A stretch of 64,000 bases of DNA, taken from Octopus vulgaris. Taxonomy: Eukaryota. The stretch lies in NCBI GenBank assembly GCA_951406725.2, contig OX597819.1:110608001-110672000 (forward strand). The letters are read 5' to 3'. The notes under the pieces were generated by a model, which was not told the origin of the DNA, did not search any database, and saw only the letters and a program-made list of their open reading frames with translations. Below, piece after piece: positions 12,647 to 26,299 of this stretch. The stretch's first letter is position 1. Every line of letters starts with the position of its first letter. The translations under genes were made by a program, and so were the position numbers.

Positions 12647-12652
<6 letters not shown>
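12487..12652. repeat. 166-bp spacerless palindrome (83-bp arms, 1 mismatch)
   Basis: tagagacaaaaccactattatgc...taaataaaa|ttttattta...gcataatagtggttttgtctcta, centre 12569/12570. Confidence 0.93.
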
Positions 12653-12711
<59 letters not shown>

Positions 12712-12789
12712 GGAAGATGTGTATGCATGTATGTATATAAATGTTTACGTACACATAGACATGCGCAAGCACACAAGCATATGTCATGA

Positions 12790-12932
12790 GCTTCTTACCA
12801 AATCTTCTCACAAGACTGGTTGGAGCGAACCTATCTATATTAGAAGACATCTGCTCAAGATACCATACAGTGGGATTGAACCCGGTACCATGTGGTTGAA
12901 GCAAACGTCTTACTATACAGCCACGCCTGCAC
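12790..12932 (-). mobile_element. SINE family A, diverged 5' half
   Basis: gtgggattgaacccggtaccatgtggtt...cagccacgcctgc is the reverse complement of the head. Confidence 0.75.
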
Positions 12933-13072
12933 ACACACACACACACATATATATATATGTATATATGTATATATGCATATATACGTACATATATACATGC
13001 ATATGCATATTTTTTATTATTTTTTTATTTTATCTAGTTTCAGCTCACGAGCTGTGGCCATGCTGGGGCACC

Positions 13073-13121
<49 letters not shown>

Positions 13122-13148
13122 GCATATATATATATGCATGTATACATA

Positions 13149-13213
<65 letters not shown>

Positions 13214-13524
13214 GTATATATGGTACATGATATATATATATATATATGCAGACATAGTTATATATATTTATATAGTATATATACTTATATATAGCACATG
13301 ATATATACGCAAACATACATATATAACATATGTGCGCATGCACGCGTGCATGTATCTGTGTGGGGAATGTGTGTGTGTGTGAGAGTGCCTCTGTGTGTGT
13401 GCGTGTAAGGTGGAGGGTCGTTGTCGTTTGATACTCAGGATTTAGTTGTTTCATCAACTGAATTTGCTGCTCCATATTGCGTACATACATATATACATAC
13501 ATACATATGTATATGTGTGTGTGT

Positions 13525-13788
13525 ACTTGCTTGACCTTTTTTGGTAATTTGACGGATATTTGTCCTCATCTTGTTTGTTGTTAACGTTTCGGCTGATATA
13601 CCCTCCAGCCTTCATCAGGTGTCGTGGGGAAATTTTGAACCTGGGTTCTCGTTCGTAAGGTATTTTTTGATGTTGTTACTATTATTATTAATAGTCACTG
13701 CCTGGAATCGAACTCGTAATCTTGGGGTTAGTAACCCGCGCTGTTAACCACTACACGATATGCCCGTGGGCATATGGCGTAGTGGTTA
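13525..13788 (-). mobile_element. tRNA-headed SINE-like element carrying a hammerhead motif, with inverted duplication of its 5' end
   Basis: Minus-strand tRNA-like head 13765->13693 with B-box GTTCGATTCC; consensus A-box TGGCGTAGTGG in the inverted copy (13775-13785); downstream CTGATGA-a-ggctg...cagcc-GAAAC-GTT at 13618->13583. Confidence 0.7.
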
Positions 13789-14114
13789 TATCCCTTCTGA
13801 TATTCGCAAAGGGATATCTAGGTTTTCGAGAGGGGATGACCTCCCTTTGCAAATATCAGAAGGGCACAGAAAGTGTGTCTAAAGCCAGATGATCTCCTGG
13901 GGCTATAAGCTTCAGTAACACCCACCCCCAGTGGCTAGCCACATTCAGATGGCTAGTACACTTTACGTCATATATATATATTTTCTTTTATAAAAGATAT
14001 ATATATATATATATATAAATATATCTGTATATGTATCTGTATCTGTATCTATATCTCTATCTCTATTTATATCTGTATATATATATGTATATATATACAG
14101 ATATATTTATATAT

Positions 14115-14215
<101 letters not shown>

Positions 14216-14466
14216 GTAAGAAAGGTACTGAGAACAATCTCACGTAGTTTCCCTATAATCAGAGTTTCGGTTGCAAAATTCGATCAGTGAACGAATACCG
14301 GAATCTCTTCACCATCGGTATTTTTAAACAAATATTTCACTTGATTTGTGTCAATAGGGAATTATTTCATTGAAACTATATCGATGAATCGATTTTACAA
14401 GACATGGCTGCATTGAATCTTTTTGTGATCGAAATGTCACTGTTGCTGCTGCTGCTGCCGCCGCCG

Positions 14467-14545
<79 letters not shown>

Positions 14546-14568
14546 CTTTATTTTTTGTACGAGTTCAT

Positions 14569-14599
<31 letters not shown>

Positions 14600-14669
14600 A
14601 TGCCTGCATTACTATTCTCATCGCATCATATACATATCACCATCATCGCCACCACCAACATATCTAGAT

Positions 14670-14998
14670 CATGGATTCTCAACCATTTTGTATCTATGGA
14701 CCCCTTTGATTACTATTTTATTCTGGTGGACCCCTATAGCCATTCGATGCTTAAACACTAGTTTTATAGAAATGTCTTTCAGAATTCCCTTTTTTGCTTT
14801 TCAAACATTAACTTGAGCAGGTTGAACTACGTAAAATGTTAGAGAAAGAAACCTAACTGTTTCTTGTAATACATACCAATAAATACATCAAAAGGAAAAT
14901 CTTTTCGGGACTCCTTGAAATACTAATGTGGATCCCCAGTTTACTATTTTGTTGAGTGGACCCTAAGCGGCCATATGGACCTCGATTGAGAACCAATT
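14670..14998. mobile_element. Non-autonomous hAT (Charlie/MER5-like) MITE
   Basis: Imperfect TIRs catggattctcaacc / gattgagaaccaatt; 8-bp TSD atctagat (14662-14669) / atctagac (14999-15006), fitting the NTCTAGAN target. Confidence 0.8.
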
Positions 14999-15845
14999 AT
15001 CTAGACCATCATTATCACGGCCATCATAATCATCATCATCATCTTCATAAACATCACAATCCTCCACCATTATTATCGTCCCTTTCACGAAGAGCCTCAT
15101 CACTTAACGTTGCTATCGTCATCGGCATATTTATTTGTCATCATCATAACTAGAAAAAAAACCCACAAAAAATTATATGCTCTTTAATGTTTCGGATAAT
15201 GATTAAACGATCAGCAATTCTACATTAATTACCAATTAATTAAGAACTATATTTCTTGACAGTTCAAATGGGTGAAAAAAATTCTAAGAAACCAAAAGAA
15301 ATATCTGAAAAAAAGAAAAGAAAAGAAAACATAATAATCTAGCTAAGATTTGTTATAATTTTTCTAAATTATAATTTTTTTGGTAAAAAGCGTTATGAAT
15401 TGTAAAAGGATTTTAGCGTTTTTTAAACCCCTTATTCCAATCTAATTTGCAATTTTCTCAACTTGTTAAGCGGAAGTCCCATTTAGGGATACCGTTCTTC
15501 ATTCATATATACTTGTTAGTTGTTTTTGTTCAATGTTATTTTTATTTTTTACTTTTATTTTATATCTTTATTATTCTTTAGTTTTTCTTACATTCATCTT
15601 CCACTGTCTTTATTTTTTCGTACAGAAATTATATCGAATATAAAAGCTGGTACATAAATCTCAGTCACTCTGCAAACACAGGCGCATGGACACACACGCA
15701 TATACATTTACAGACACACGCATTCATATACAAAATACAAAATATCTCACCTATTCGTCAGTATGTTCGTGTGTGTGTATGTATGTTCGTGTGTTTATCA
15801 GTGTGCACCTCACTATCTCTCTCAATCTCCTTTTTTGTCTATCTA

Positions 15846-15880
<35 letters not shown>

Positions 15881-15887
15881 GTCTGTC

Positions 15888-15927
<40 letters not shown>

Positions 15928-16105
15928 GTCTATCTATCTATTGATCGATCGATCTATTTGTCTGTCGGTTTCTATATATCCCTCTACATACGTATATAAG
16001 TGTATGTAAATATGTATATGATGTACGTACACATACATACTGACACACACATATGCGTATGCGTATCTATTTATCTATCTATGTATGTATCTATCTATCT
16101 ATCTA

Positions 16106-16156
<51 letters not shown>

Positions 16157-17599
16157 ATACACGCACACAAGCACACGCATACAACCACAACCACACACAA
16201 ACACGTATAAAGTATTTAGATTACAGTCTTTAAGACCTTGCATACACGCTTATGAATATAAATGCATCTGTCTGTCTATCTACTCTCCCTCTTTCTCTCT
16301 CCCACACTGTATATATACATGTACACACACACACTCACACACACACATACACACACACACACACACATATATATATACATATATCTATGCACGTATATAC
16401 ATGTATATAGATATATATATATATATACATATATACATATATGTGCATATATATGTACGTATATGTATATATATATATACATGTGTGTGTATATACATAT
16501 ATATATACGTACACACACACACATGTATATATACATGCATGCATATATATATTTATATGCATGCATACAGATATACGGTCACACACGCACACACACATGT
16601 ATGTGTGTATGTATGTATGAGTATACATACATATACATACATATACATACTTACACACACACACACACACATATTCTACAGCGCAGTGTTAACTTGCTTT
16701 TGAAACCCCTAAACTTTGCCAATGTCTCGCAACGTGCCCACCCTTCTCAGATGCCCTTCCACAACATCCACATTCCCAAACATTCACCTGTGACACCCAA
16801 CCCCACCCTCGTAGCGGCATCCACTTAGTCTTTACCAGCAACTACTTCCCCAGCTCCTCTCCATCGCCAACGCTCCATCATCTCAGCCAAACTCCCAAAT
16901 CGTTCCATAGCCAACATCTTTCTCATTAGAGAGCTTTTCCCAGCGTCACCGCTCTCCTCGTTCACTACTTCAACATCACACACCACAGCCACCACCCGCA
17001 CCAATAACTCGTACTCCACCACCACTGGTAATACTATCACCGCCACTACCACTGCCACCACCGCTACCACCACCACCACCACCAGTAGTACCATTACCTC
17101 TATTTTCTTGTTAACTGGAACCATTACAACCATACCCACGCCACCATATTTATGAAAGTCATCAAACCACCACCACCACCACCACCACCGCCACAACCAC
17201 CATCGTCTCACTGTTAACTCATCCCACATCAATACCACCACATCAACAGCAGCAGCAGTAGCAGCAGAAACAGCAGCAGCAGCAGCAACAACAACAACAT
17301 CCCAATCCTAACATGCCTTCACTACTGCCCTACTAAGTCCCTTACCAAACTACTACTGAATCAAACTATTAGTTATTCTTTCATTGTGAAGTTTTCTGCA
17401 ACCTCTCCTCCCCTCCACTCCCTTCCTTCTCCTCCTTCACCTCCTCCTTCACCTCCTCCCCATCCTTCCCCCTCCTCTTCCTACTACTACCGTTACTGCT
17501 ACTGCTACAACAACAACAGCAACGTTCCAGCCAACGCCAATTCAACACCCCCGTCTGAAGGAAGTCTTCACGAAGAAGCCGGATGAAAGAACCGAAGCA

Positions 17600-17900
17600 G
17601 CCCTCTCGAAGGCAGACTTCACAGACATGATACGCTTCCGTAGTGGTCATCATCCGGCACTCAGGCGGTGGCAAAATATGGAAGGACGCAGCGATGCAGA
17701 TCAACGCAGACTCTGTAAAGAGGAGGTGGAATCTGCAGAACATCTCTGGCTGAAATGTCCGGCCCTGATTGGTGGAACACTATATCCGCAAACTAGGGGC
17801 TACAATGGATGAGATGATTCGTCTCCCTACCGTGGCTCTAGCACTTCTGGGAGTTATCCTCAGGTGCTTGAGGTGACCAAGAAGAAGAAGAAGAAAAAGA
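17600..17900 (+). mobile_element. 3' end of an I-group (I/Ingi/Nimb-like) LINE
   Basis: IRFRSGHHPALRRWQ...RLCKEEVESAEHLWLKCPAL (RxGH plus decayed CCHC knuckle), followed by an (AAG)n run. Clade uncertain. Confidence 0.6.
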
Positions 17901-17927
17901 AGGAGGAGGAGGAGAAGAAGAAGAAGA

Positions 17928-17989
<62 letters not shown>

Positions 17990-18014
17990 CACCACCACCA
18001 CCACCACCACCACC

Positions 18015-18081
<67 letters not shown>

Positions 18082-18129
18082 AACCATGACCTCCATTTCC
18101 GCCATTGTCACACAAAGAATGTTGCTAGT

Positions 18130-19573
18130 ACCTAAGCATAGACGAAAATATATCATATGAAGGCACTGTTAAAAAGATAGAGCGATCCGAGAATATTACA
18201 CCAGACTTAGGAAAATATGGCAGTCAGAACTCTCCTCTTACAAAACAACATCCCACACTGCATTTGCAGTACCAGTGCTGATCCCAACATTTGGGATATT
18301 TGATTGGTCTGTAGAGGAAATCTACTCCATAGATATCAAACCCCGCAAAATTCTGACAACTAGCAACTTCCACAGAAACAGTGATGTTGACAGTCTCTAC
18401 CTAAGAAGAAATAAAGGTGGTAGAGGGCTGAGATCAGTGCAGACGGCCTTCGAATGCCGTATGGTATCACTCAGGCAGCACTTGCTAAACAACAGTAGCA
18501 AAAATATATATATAAATGCGGCGCTGAAAAATGAAGTGAGCAGCATTGTACGAGTTGGTAGTGAGTTCCTCAGGAAGCACTCTTTTCCTAATGATCTCTT
18601 ATACAGTTCCAAAACAGCTGGGCTCCCTTACTTTAGAAAAGGCCTTGATGGGAAGCACTCAGCATAAAAAAAAAATAGATTATGCATAGGTATGTTGCCT
18701 GGAAGCTTGAAGAAGACAGTAGAATTGACACGAAGCACAGCCTCTCTTGGACACAAGACCACTACATCGCACTTTGAAGGCTATGCGTTTGCAATCCAAG
18801 AACAGGAATGCCACAAAGTACCTGGTGAACAAGAGAGACAGTGACGCTCTTGTAATCCCAAGGTGCAACCGCATGTGTAGGTTATGTCATGCTTCTGTGG
18901 AAGACATCACGCATATGATTAGCAGCTGTCCTAAAATGTCGTCACAGTACTACGTCCCTATGCGGCACGATGTTGTTGCTTAAACAATTTACAATGCCAT
19001 CCACAAAAAAGACAGTCCTGAAATAAACTTAGAAAATCCCTGTTATGGAATACATACATAAACACCACTCAAGGAATACTGGTGGAATGTTCCCATCAAA
19101 ACTTCTGTCAAATGTAAACGTAAGAGACCAGATATTGTTGTTTGGGACAGAGGGGCAAAGTTATGTATCAACATAGAGGCCAGCTGCCCTGCAGATATGA
19201 ATATTTCGTTGAAAATCAAAGAAAAAGAGGATATCTATGGACATCTGCAACGAAACCTCCGGCTTCTATATCTAAACTATGAATTTTCATATTCATACCA
19301 ATAATAATTGGTATGAATAATAATACCAATAATAATTGGTTTTGTTAGTAAATGTTTAAAGAAAAATCTGGATAAACTGAGATTTTCAGAAAGAAAAATT
19401 GACAGGCTGATTCTTACATTACAAATCCAATCTGTGAGTGGAACAGTAAAAATATTCAAGACTTTTCTCAAGTTCCAAATGCGAATTTGTCTGTGATAAC
19501 TACATCCCAAAGTTGGAGCCTTGTATCCTTGTTGGAGACCGGCTCCCTCTTCAGTGGAAGATTTATAATAATA
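18130..19573 (+). mobile_element. Decayed 3' portion of an R4/Dong-like non-LTR retrotransposon (restriction-like endonuclease)
   Basis: IDIKPRKIL, LYLRRNKGGRGL, EGYAFAIQEQE, CRLC...ITHMISSC, RHDVVA, RPDIVVWD...IEASCP in shifting frames; ends in taataataa. Confidence 0.8.
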
Positions 19574-19614
19574 AAATATAGAAGACTATCACAAACACAC
19601 CCACCCACGCACAT

Positions 19615-19693
<79 letters not shown>

Positions 19694-20020
19694 TCTTTCA
19701 TTAGAAGTTGCATGGTTATGAAATTTCGCTGTACAGTGAAGTCATGGGCAAAAGTAGATATGCAGTTGTTTCATACGAGCGGAATGTTTTTCTCCTTTTC
19801 AGGTAAGCGACTAAGGGATCTCAGAAAAATGCCTAGTATTTTTTCATATTTGATTGCTGAGGACTTTGAGTGAAAGTCTGAGCAATCAGCAACTGTATAC
19901 CTACTTTTTCTGCAACCCTGTTTGACAAACATTCACAGATGTAGATTCAATTCCGTTAGCTAATGTGTGCCTGAAATTATCGTGCACTATCATACAGGGA
20001 ATTCTATTTCTCAAAAGCTA

Positions 20021-20580
20021 TTGGGTTGTCCGGAAAGTTCGTGCCGATTTATTGTAGCTTTTCTTTCGACTTATTTTAGAATATGGTTGAATTCATAAAA
20101 TAGGATTTGACTGCACCTCCATTTAAAGCACAGTTTAAGCTTCGTGGAAGAAGGTTTATGTTCCTATAACCTGTGTTAATTTTGTAACCCTTTAAAATGG
20201 AAGATAAGAAAGATCATTTTCGGCACTTGATGCTTTAGGAACCAGAAAAAAATTGCTGCAGCTCGGCTGGGATGTGTTACCCCACCCTCCATATTCACCA
20301 GATATTGCTCTTTCGGATTTCCACTTATTCAGATCTCTACAGAATAGTTTTAATGGTAAAAATTTCAATTCCTTGGATGACGTAAAAAGATAACTTGATG
20401 AATTCTTTGCCATGAAACCACCTCAATTCTGGGAAGGGGGTATTTTCATGTTAAAGGAAAGATGGAGACGCATTGTGCAACAAAATGGTTCATATTTGGT
20501 AGATTAAAAATGTAATGGCAAGTATTTATTGACCATTTTGTTTCCTTTAAAAATCGGCACGAACTTTCCGGACAATCCAA
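20021..20580 (+). mobile_element. Internally deleted mariner transposon (560 bp)
   Basis: 30-bp TIRs ttgggttgtccggaaagttcgtgccgattt (1 mismatch), TA on the left and TC on the right; N-terminus MEDKKDHFRHLML joined to KLLQLGWDVLPHPPYSPDIALSDFHLFRSLQN...RWRRIVQQNGSY. Confidence 0.92.
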
Positions 20581-20977
20581 TCTTTTGAGATTGTTTACAA
20601 TAATTTATATTTTAAGTTACGGCAGCCATACAAGTGTATCAATTTTTATCCCAAAAATCTTCCTTGTCCTGTTGAAGAAGTAGATATATGTGTTTGTGTT
20701 GTCTTACTTACGTGCTTTACTTAAACATAAATTCTACGCAAACGAACGACTAACTGATATTAATATGTATACCATGTTTTTTCTCGCATACACATATATA
20801 CACGCATGTGTTTAAGTATGAATCTATGTCCACGCGCGCGTATGTATATGTTTCTTGAGCATTTATTCAATAAATTATATTCATTTTTCAGCAAATTGAC
20901 TCTTATGCCGAGGAAATCCTACATTTGTCCACGTTCCCAGCATAGTTTGCACACACCGCAGATACACGCATGCACAC

Positions 20978-21016
<39 letters not shown>

Positions 21017-21130
21017 AAGTTACATATATAGATGTGTGTATATATATATGTATATACACACACACTCATATACATAAACTTATATATATATGCTTCTATA
21101 TAGAGATATACATAGAGATATACATGCATA

Positions 21131-21172
<42 letters not shown>

Positions 21173-21258
21173 TGTGTGTGTGTTGTGTGTTGTATGTATG
21201 TATTTATGTATGTATGCACATACGGATAGTTTGGTATATACACACATACATAAATACA

Positions 21259-21299
<41 letters not shown>

Positions 21300-21535
21300 C
21301 TATACACACACGTATATATATATATTCATACACACTTGTGTGTGTTTGAGCGTGTGTGCGTGTATGTAAGCATATATACATACATATACGCGTACAAATG
21401 TTAACCTACACTTATACAGTATGTGTGCATACATGCTTTTCGGACATTAAACTCAATTATTCTGATGCATTAAATGTTATGCATAGACATAGAGACGAAC
21501 ATCCCAACCGATAATTCCCTGTCTTCTAGAACTCA

Positions 21536-21571
<36 letters not shown>

Positions 21572-22262
21572 ACACACACGCGCACAAACACACACACATA
21601 TACACATATAGACACAGGTATACGTATGTAGTCTTTTTGCGCACAACAACGGCAGCGCCGCCGCCGACCGCTAATTGCCAAACGCTGTATTTAAATGTGT
21701 GTTGGAAGGAACTCAAAACATTAATCTTTTCCGTTTAAACCATTTTACCTGTTTGTTTGGCGGAACAGACGGTAGCGGATGGACGTCAGAAATGTGTGTA
21801 CATGTGGAGATTTATGTGTGTGTATATGGAGAGTTACGTGTGTGTATTTATATATATATATATACACATCTCTCTCTATATATATGTATATGCATATATT
21901 TATTTATATATGTATATATGTATCTATATCCCTTTATATATATATATATATGTACGCGGTCTCACACGCACCACCAATACATAGGTTATGAGGTTAGATG
22001 TGTGTGTACTTCCGCATCCGTGGACATTATATACTTGTGTATGTTTAAATGGCATATACATATATACATATAAATATATACATACATATACACATAATAC
22101 ATATCCACACGTATGTGTATATGTAAGTATATATATATGTGTATGTGCGTGTGTGTGTGTGTGTATATGCAAGTATAAATATGCATTTGTAAGTATAGAT
22201 ATCTTTATAAATTTATACAAATTATTTACACTTGTACATACATACGCATATACATGCAAAAG

Positions 22263-22294
<32 letters not shown>

Positions 22295-22310
22295 AATATA
22301 TATATTCATA

Positions 22311-22376
<66 letters not shown>

Positions 22377-22399
22377 TATACATATATATATACGTAATA

Positions 22400-22447
<48 letters not shown>

Positions 22448-22479
22448 AATATGTATGTGCGTAATTTTGTGTTTCTGTT

Positions 22480-23107
22480 TGTTCCCCACTACCTCTTGAC
22501 AACCGGTGTTAGTGTGTTTACGTCCCACTCACCTAGCTGTCGGGCCAGAGAAATCGTTAGAATAAGGACCACGCTTTAAGAAACGGGTGGTCTCGATTTG
22601 TTCAACTAAAAATTCCTCAAAGCTCTTTCTCCGGGATGGATGCCGTGTAATGACTAAAGCGAGGGAAATATAAAAGACTTATTATATATTACATACATAT
22701 ATGCAGGAGTGGCTGTGTGGCTTACTAACCAACCACATGGTTGCGGGTTCAGTCCCACTGCGTGGCATCTTGGGCAGGTGTCTTCTGCTGTGGCCCCGGG
22801 CCGACCGGTGCCTTGTGAGTGGATTTGGTGGACGGGGGCTGGGGGAGGCCTGTTGTGTGTATGTATATATATATATAAGTGTGTGTGTGTATATGTTTAT
22901 GTGTCTGTGTTTGTCCCCCTAGCATTGCTTGACAACCGATGCTGGTGTGTTTACGTCCCCGTCACTTAGCGGTTCGGCAAAAGAGACCGATAGAATAAGT
23001 ACTGGGCTTACAAAGAATAAGTCCCGGAGTCGATTTGCTCGACTAAAGGCGGTGCTCCAGCATGGCTGCAGTCAAATGACTGAAACAAGTAAAAGAAAGA
23101 AAGAAGA
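22480..23107 (+). mobile_element. Diverged SINE A 3' half (22480-22680) followed by a full SINE A (22703-23107)
   Basis: cttgacaaccg...gtgtgtttacgtccc module occurs twice; the second copy has head, internal microsatellite and tail. Confidence 0.85.
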
Positions 23108-23241
23108 AATATACATATGCATACACACATATATGTGTATGTACACACACACACACACACACACATATAAACACGTGCGCGCACATACTTTCACACACTC
23201 ACATATATATGCTTTAATATGTAATATGCTGTAATATACTA

Positions 23242-23290
23242 GTTGGACGGCTGTTTCTGAGACTTGCATTTAAGTCCTTTTCTTAACAAC
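23242..23290 (-). ncRNA. Degenerate hammerhead-like motif
   Basis: gttg-[ttaagaaaa]-gactt(aaatgc)aagtc-GAAAC-agcc-GTC-caac: stems I and II pair but the CUGANGA box is decayed. Confidence 0.4.
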
Positions 23291-25053
23291 CCTGCATGTG
23301 ACTCTCTTCTGTATGTTGATATGGGACATGATCAATCCATCGTCTTATAACTATACATGCATACATACATACATACATACATACATACATACATACATAC
23401 ATACATACATACACACATACATACATACATACACATACATACACAGGCACATACACAGAGACGTATGTATGTATGTAAGTATGTATGCGTTTATCTTAAT
23501 GTATTGTGTATATATGCAAATCTATCTATCGTATGTTCTGTCTGTATTTCTGTGTATATATTGGTAATTAGCATTTCCGTCATTTGTGAAATGATCTGGC
23601 GGGTGATGCTGTAAACGTTTGTGGCTTTTAGGTTGTGCGTTGTAATAGAGGGTAGATTTTTGGGCGTATCCGAAGAGCTTTGTTTTTCGTAATTCTTCAA
23701 CATTGCTTTGGCACGTTCTATTCCATTATGTATTAACACTTGTAGTTATTGTTTTTTAGTACTACTTATCTTAATTCCAGGAGTCTTTTAAATAGATAGA
23801 TTTCATAAATAATTCCATGACTGAGACATAACCAAAAAATAAAACAAGCACTCAAAATACACAAAATTATCAAAAGAAGGAATCCTCAAAAATCTACTCA
23901 CTATATGTAAATTTACCCTCCACAAATTCCAACCGAAGTCTGGTCGCTCTAACTGCGGGACTTACATCAACCTCATTGAAGACGAAACGTATAATTTAAA
24001 TAATGACAAATTTTAAAAATAAAATAACATTTTACCTGTTTGTCCCAAACTTTAACATATGCTGTTAAATGTAAAGTATGTAATAAATATTACATCAGTC
24101 AAACGAAACTTACTCTTAGAAATAGACTGACTATTTATGGTCAACAAATATGAGACCCCAGTACTAGAGAGACCCCTCCCTCCTCTACCATCACTGAGTA
24201 GGCACATAGACTTATGTGCAAAAAATAAATCCCCAAATTCCAAGTCTTTCCACTTCACGAATACACGAATAAACAGAGAAAATATATTCATATAAAAATA
24301 GGAACCACGAGAAAATAAACTTTAATGAGTACGTTCTCCAACATCTACTGACAAACAAACTCATTCTGCCACTTGACATGTTAAATGTACACAGTCAACA
24401 ACCTAAATTTGGGGCACAATCACAACTTTTTCTCTCGTAGCACTAACGTTCGAATTAAGTAGAGAACAAAATTTTATGCTAACGCATATACATACAAATC
24501 ATTCATTTAGCCATTGGATATACTAAATCTACAAAGCTTAACTTTAACTTTTTAATAACTTTTGCTGCCTAGATTTATGTACGTCGAATAAGTTCACAAA
24601 ATTCTAAGTCTGTTTATTTCACACTTATTCAAACAATACCGTAATTCAAACACGAGTAAATAAAGAAAAATACAAACCCCAACTCATATAACATCAAGCC
24701 ATATAAACACTAAGCCACGCATAACAAAATTTAATGTTAACTACATCCAAATAATTTCTGACCACTCTAGCATTTTACAGATTAAATTTAGAGAGCCTTG
24801 ATCATTTGGGACCGTCATTTGATACGTTTAGTCAACCGTGCCAGCCTTAACATTCAGCGCAAAGCATATTGTCACATGACATTAACATATAGACCTAGAG
24901 GGAAATTTACAAAAATTTCTAAGCCTAATCACGTGATCATCTTTTACCAGTCAAACTGTATCCTAAACATACTAAACTGAGCCATGTTCTCTCCATAAAT
25001 ACAAGAGAACTTTCGAACTTCAGTCAAGCTCCACGTATTTCTGTCTCGCTTAA

Positions 25054-25091
25054 CTTTAGAAAATCAGCAATAAACTGTGAAACCGGTTAAG
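25054..25091 (+). ncRNA. Degenerate U3-A8-type hammerhead motif
   Basis: ctt-TAGAAAA-tcag(caataaa)ctgt-GAAAC-cg-GTT-aag, same layout as 12135 and 29121. Confidence 0.45.
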
Positions 25092-25160
25092 CCTTTAAAA
25101 ATAAACCATCTAAAAGGATCCAAGTGCATTTTCAAGTTCTTTTTTCTCTATATAACATAG

Positions 25161-25240
<80 letters not shown>

Positions 25241-25732
25241 AGAGGCACACACGAGTCAGAAAATAATAACGAAACTATCGATGAGCACTTCAGATACCGG
25301 TCCGGCTATTAGGTGGCTGGGTGATTCAATTTAGCCTGCTATTTAACGTTACCATGTGTCTGAAAATCCAGGTAACAGTGAAGTGGATAAAAATAATCAC
25401 TTACACTCCAGAAGTGAGAAGCGAAAATATTTGGCACCGTATGTTTACAGCTGTTTCATGATTCGCATTCGGGTACATCATCGACACAAATTTGAAGGTG
25501 GATAACACATTGTGTGCACTTTATAAACACTTTATAAATGCATATTCATGCATATTTATTCACACACACACACAATTACATAATTATGTACTGAGGAAAA
25601 CCACTGTTCAGAAGATATTCGTATATTACAGATTCATCTCTAACGTACTAGACAAAAATTTACTTGTTTTGTATAAATTTGCAAATTAGGAAAAAAGGAG
25701 GAAGGAAAAATATGCACATATTTACATAGAAA

Positions 25733-25776
<44 letters not shown>

Positions 25777-26299
25777 TGTGTTTGTGTGTATATATGTGTG
25801 TATACATGCGCGCGCGCGTGTATGTGCGAGCGCGCGTGTGTGTATGTGAGTGCCCGCGTTTGTGTATGTGCGTGCGTGTGTGTGTGTGCGAATTGCTACG
25901 TATTTATCTTCACAGTAAGTGAAAAAATATATATATGTGCGTGTGTGTGTATGTGATAGCGTGCATGCGTTTGTGCGTAAGTGTGCTTGTGTGTATACAT
26001 GCGTGTGTGTGTGTGTCTGTGTGCGTGTGCGCGTGTGCGTGCGTGCGGATTGCCAAGCGTTTATCGTCACAGTCAGTGAAAATATGCTCAACGCATTAAT
26101 TTTGGTGGCTGAAATAGATATCAGAACGAAAAGTTCGGAGTCTCACTGCTCCGGTTGTCAAAACGATTTGTCAAAGGTATTGCTTGAAAGAAAATTCTGT
26201 AGTTTGAAGTGTAGCCAGTGATGAGCTAATAGTAGAAAATATGACCGGTTGCAAAAAAAAAAAGACCAAAAAAAAAAAAACAATAAAGGAAGGCAACGA

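Noticed and set aside
13693-13765. Possible tRNA gene (also SINE A/B/C heads)
   Set aside because: A and B boxes are present but there is no complete acceptor stem or cloverleaf; these are tRNA-derived repeat heads.
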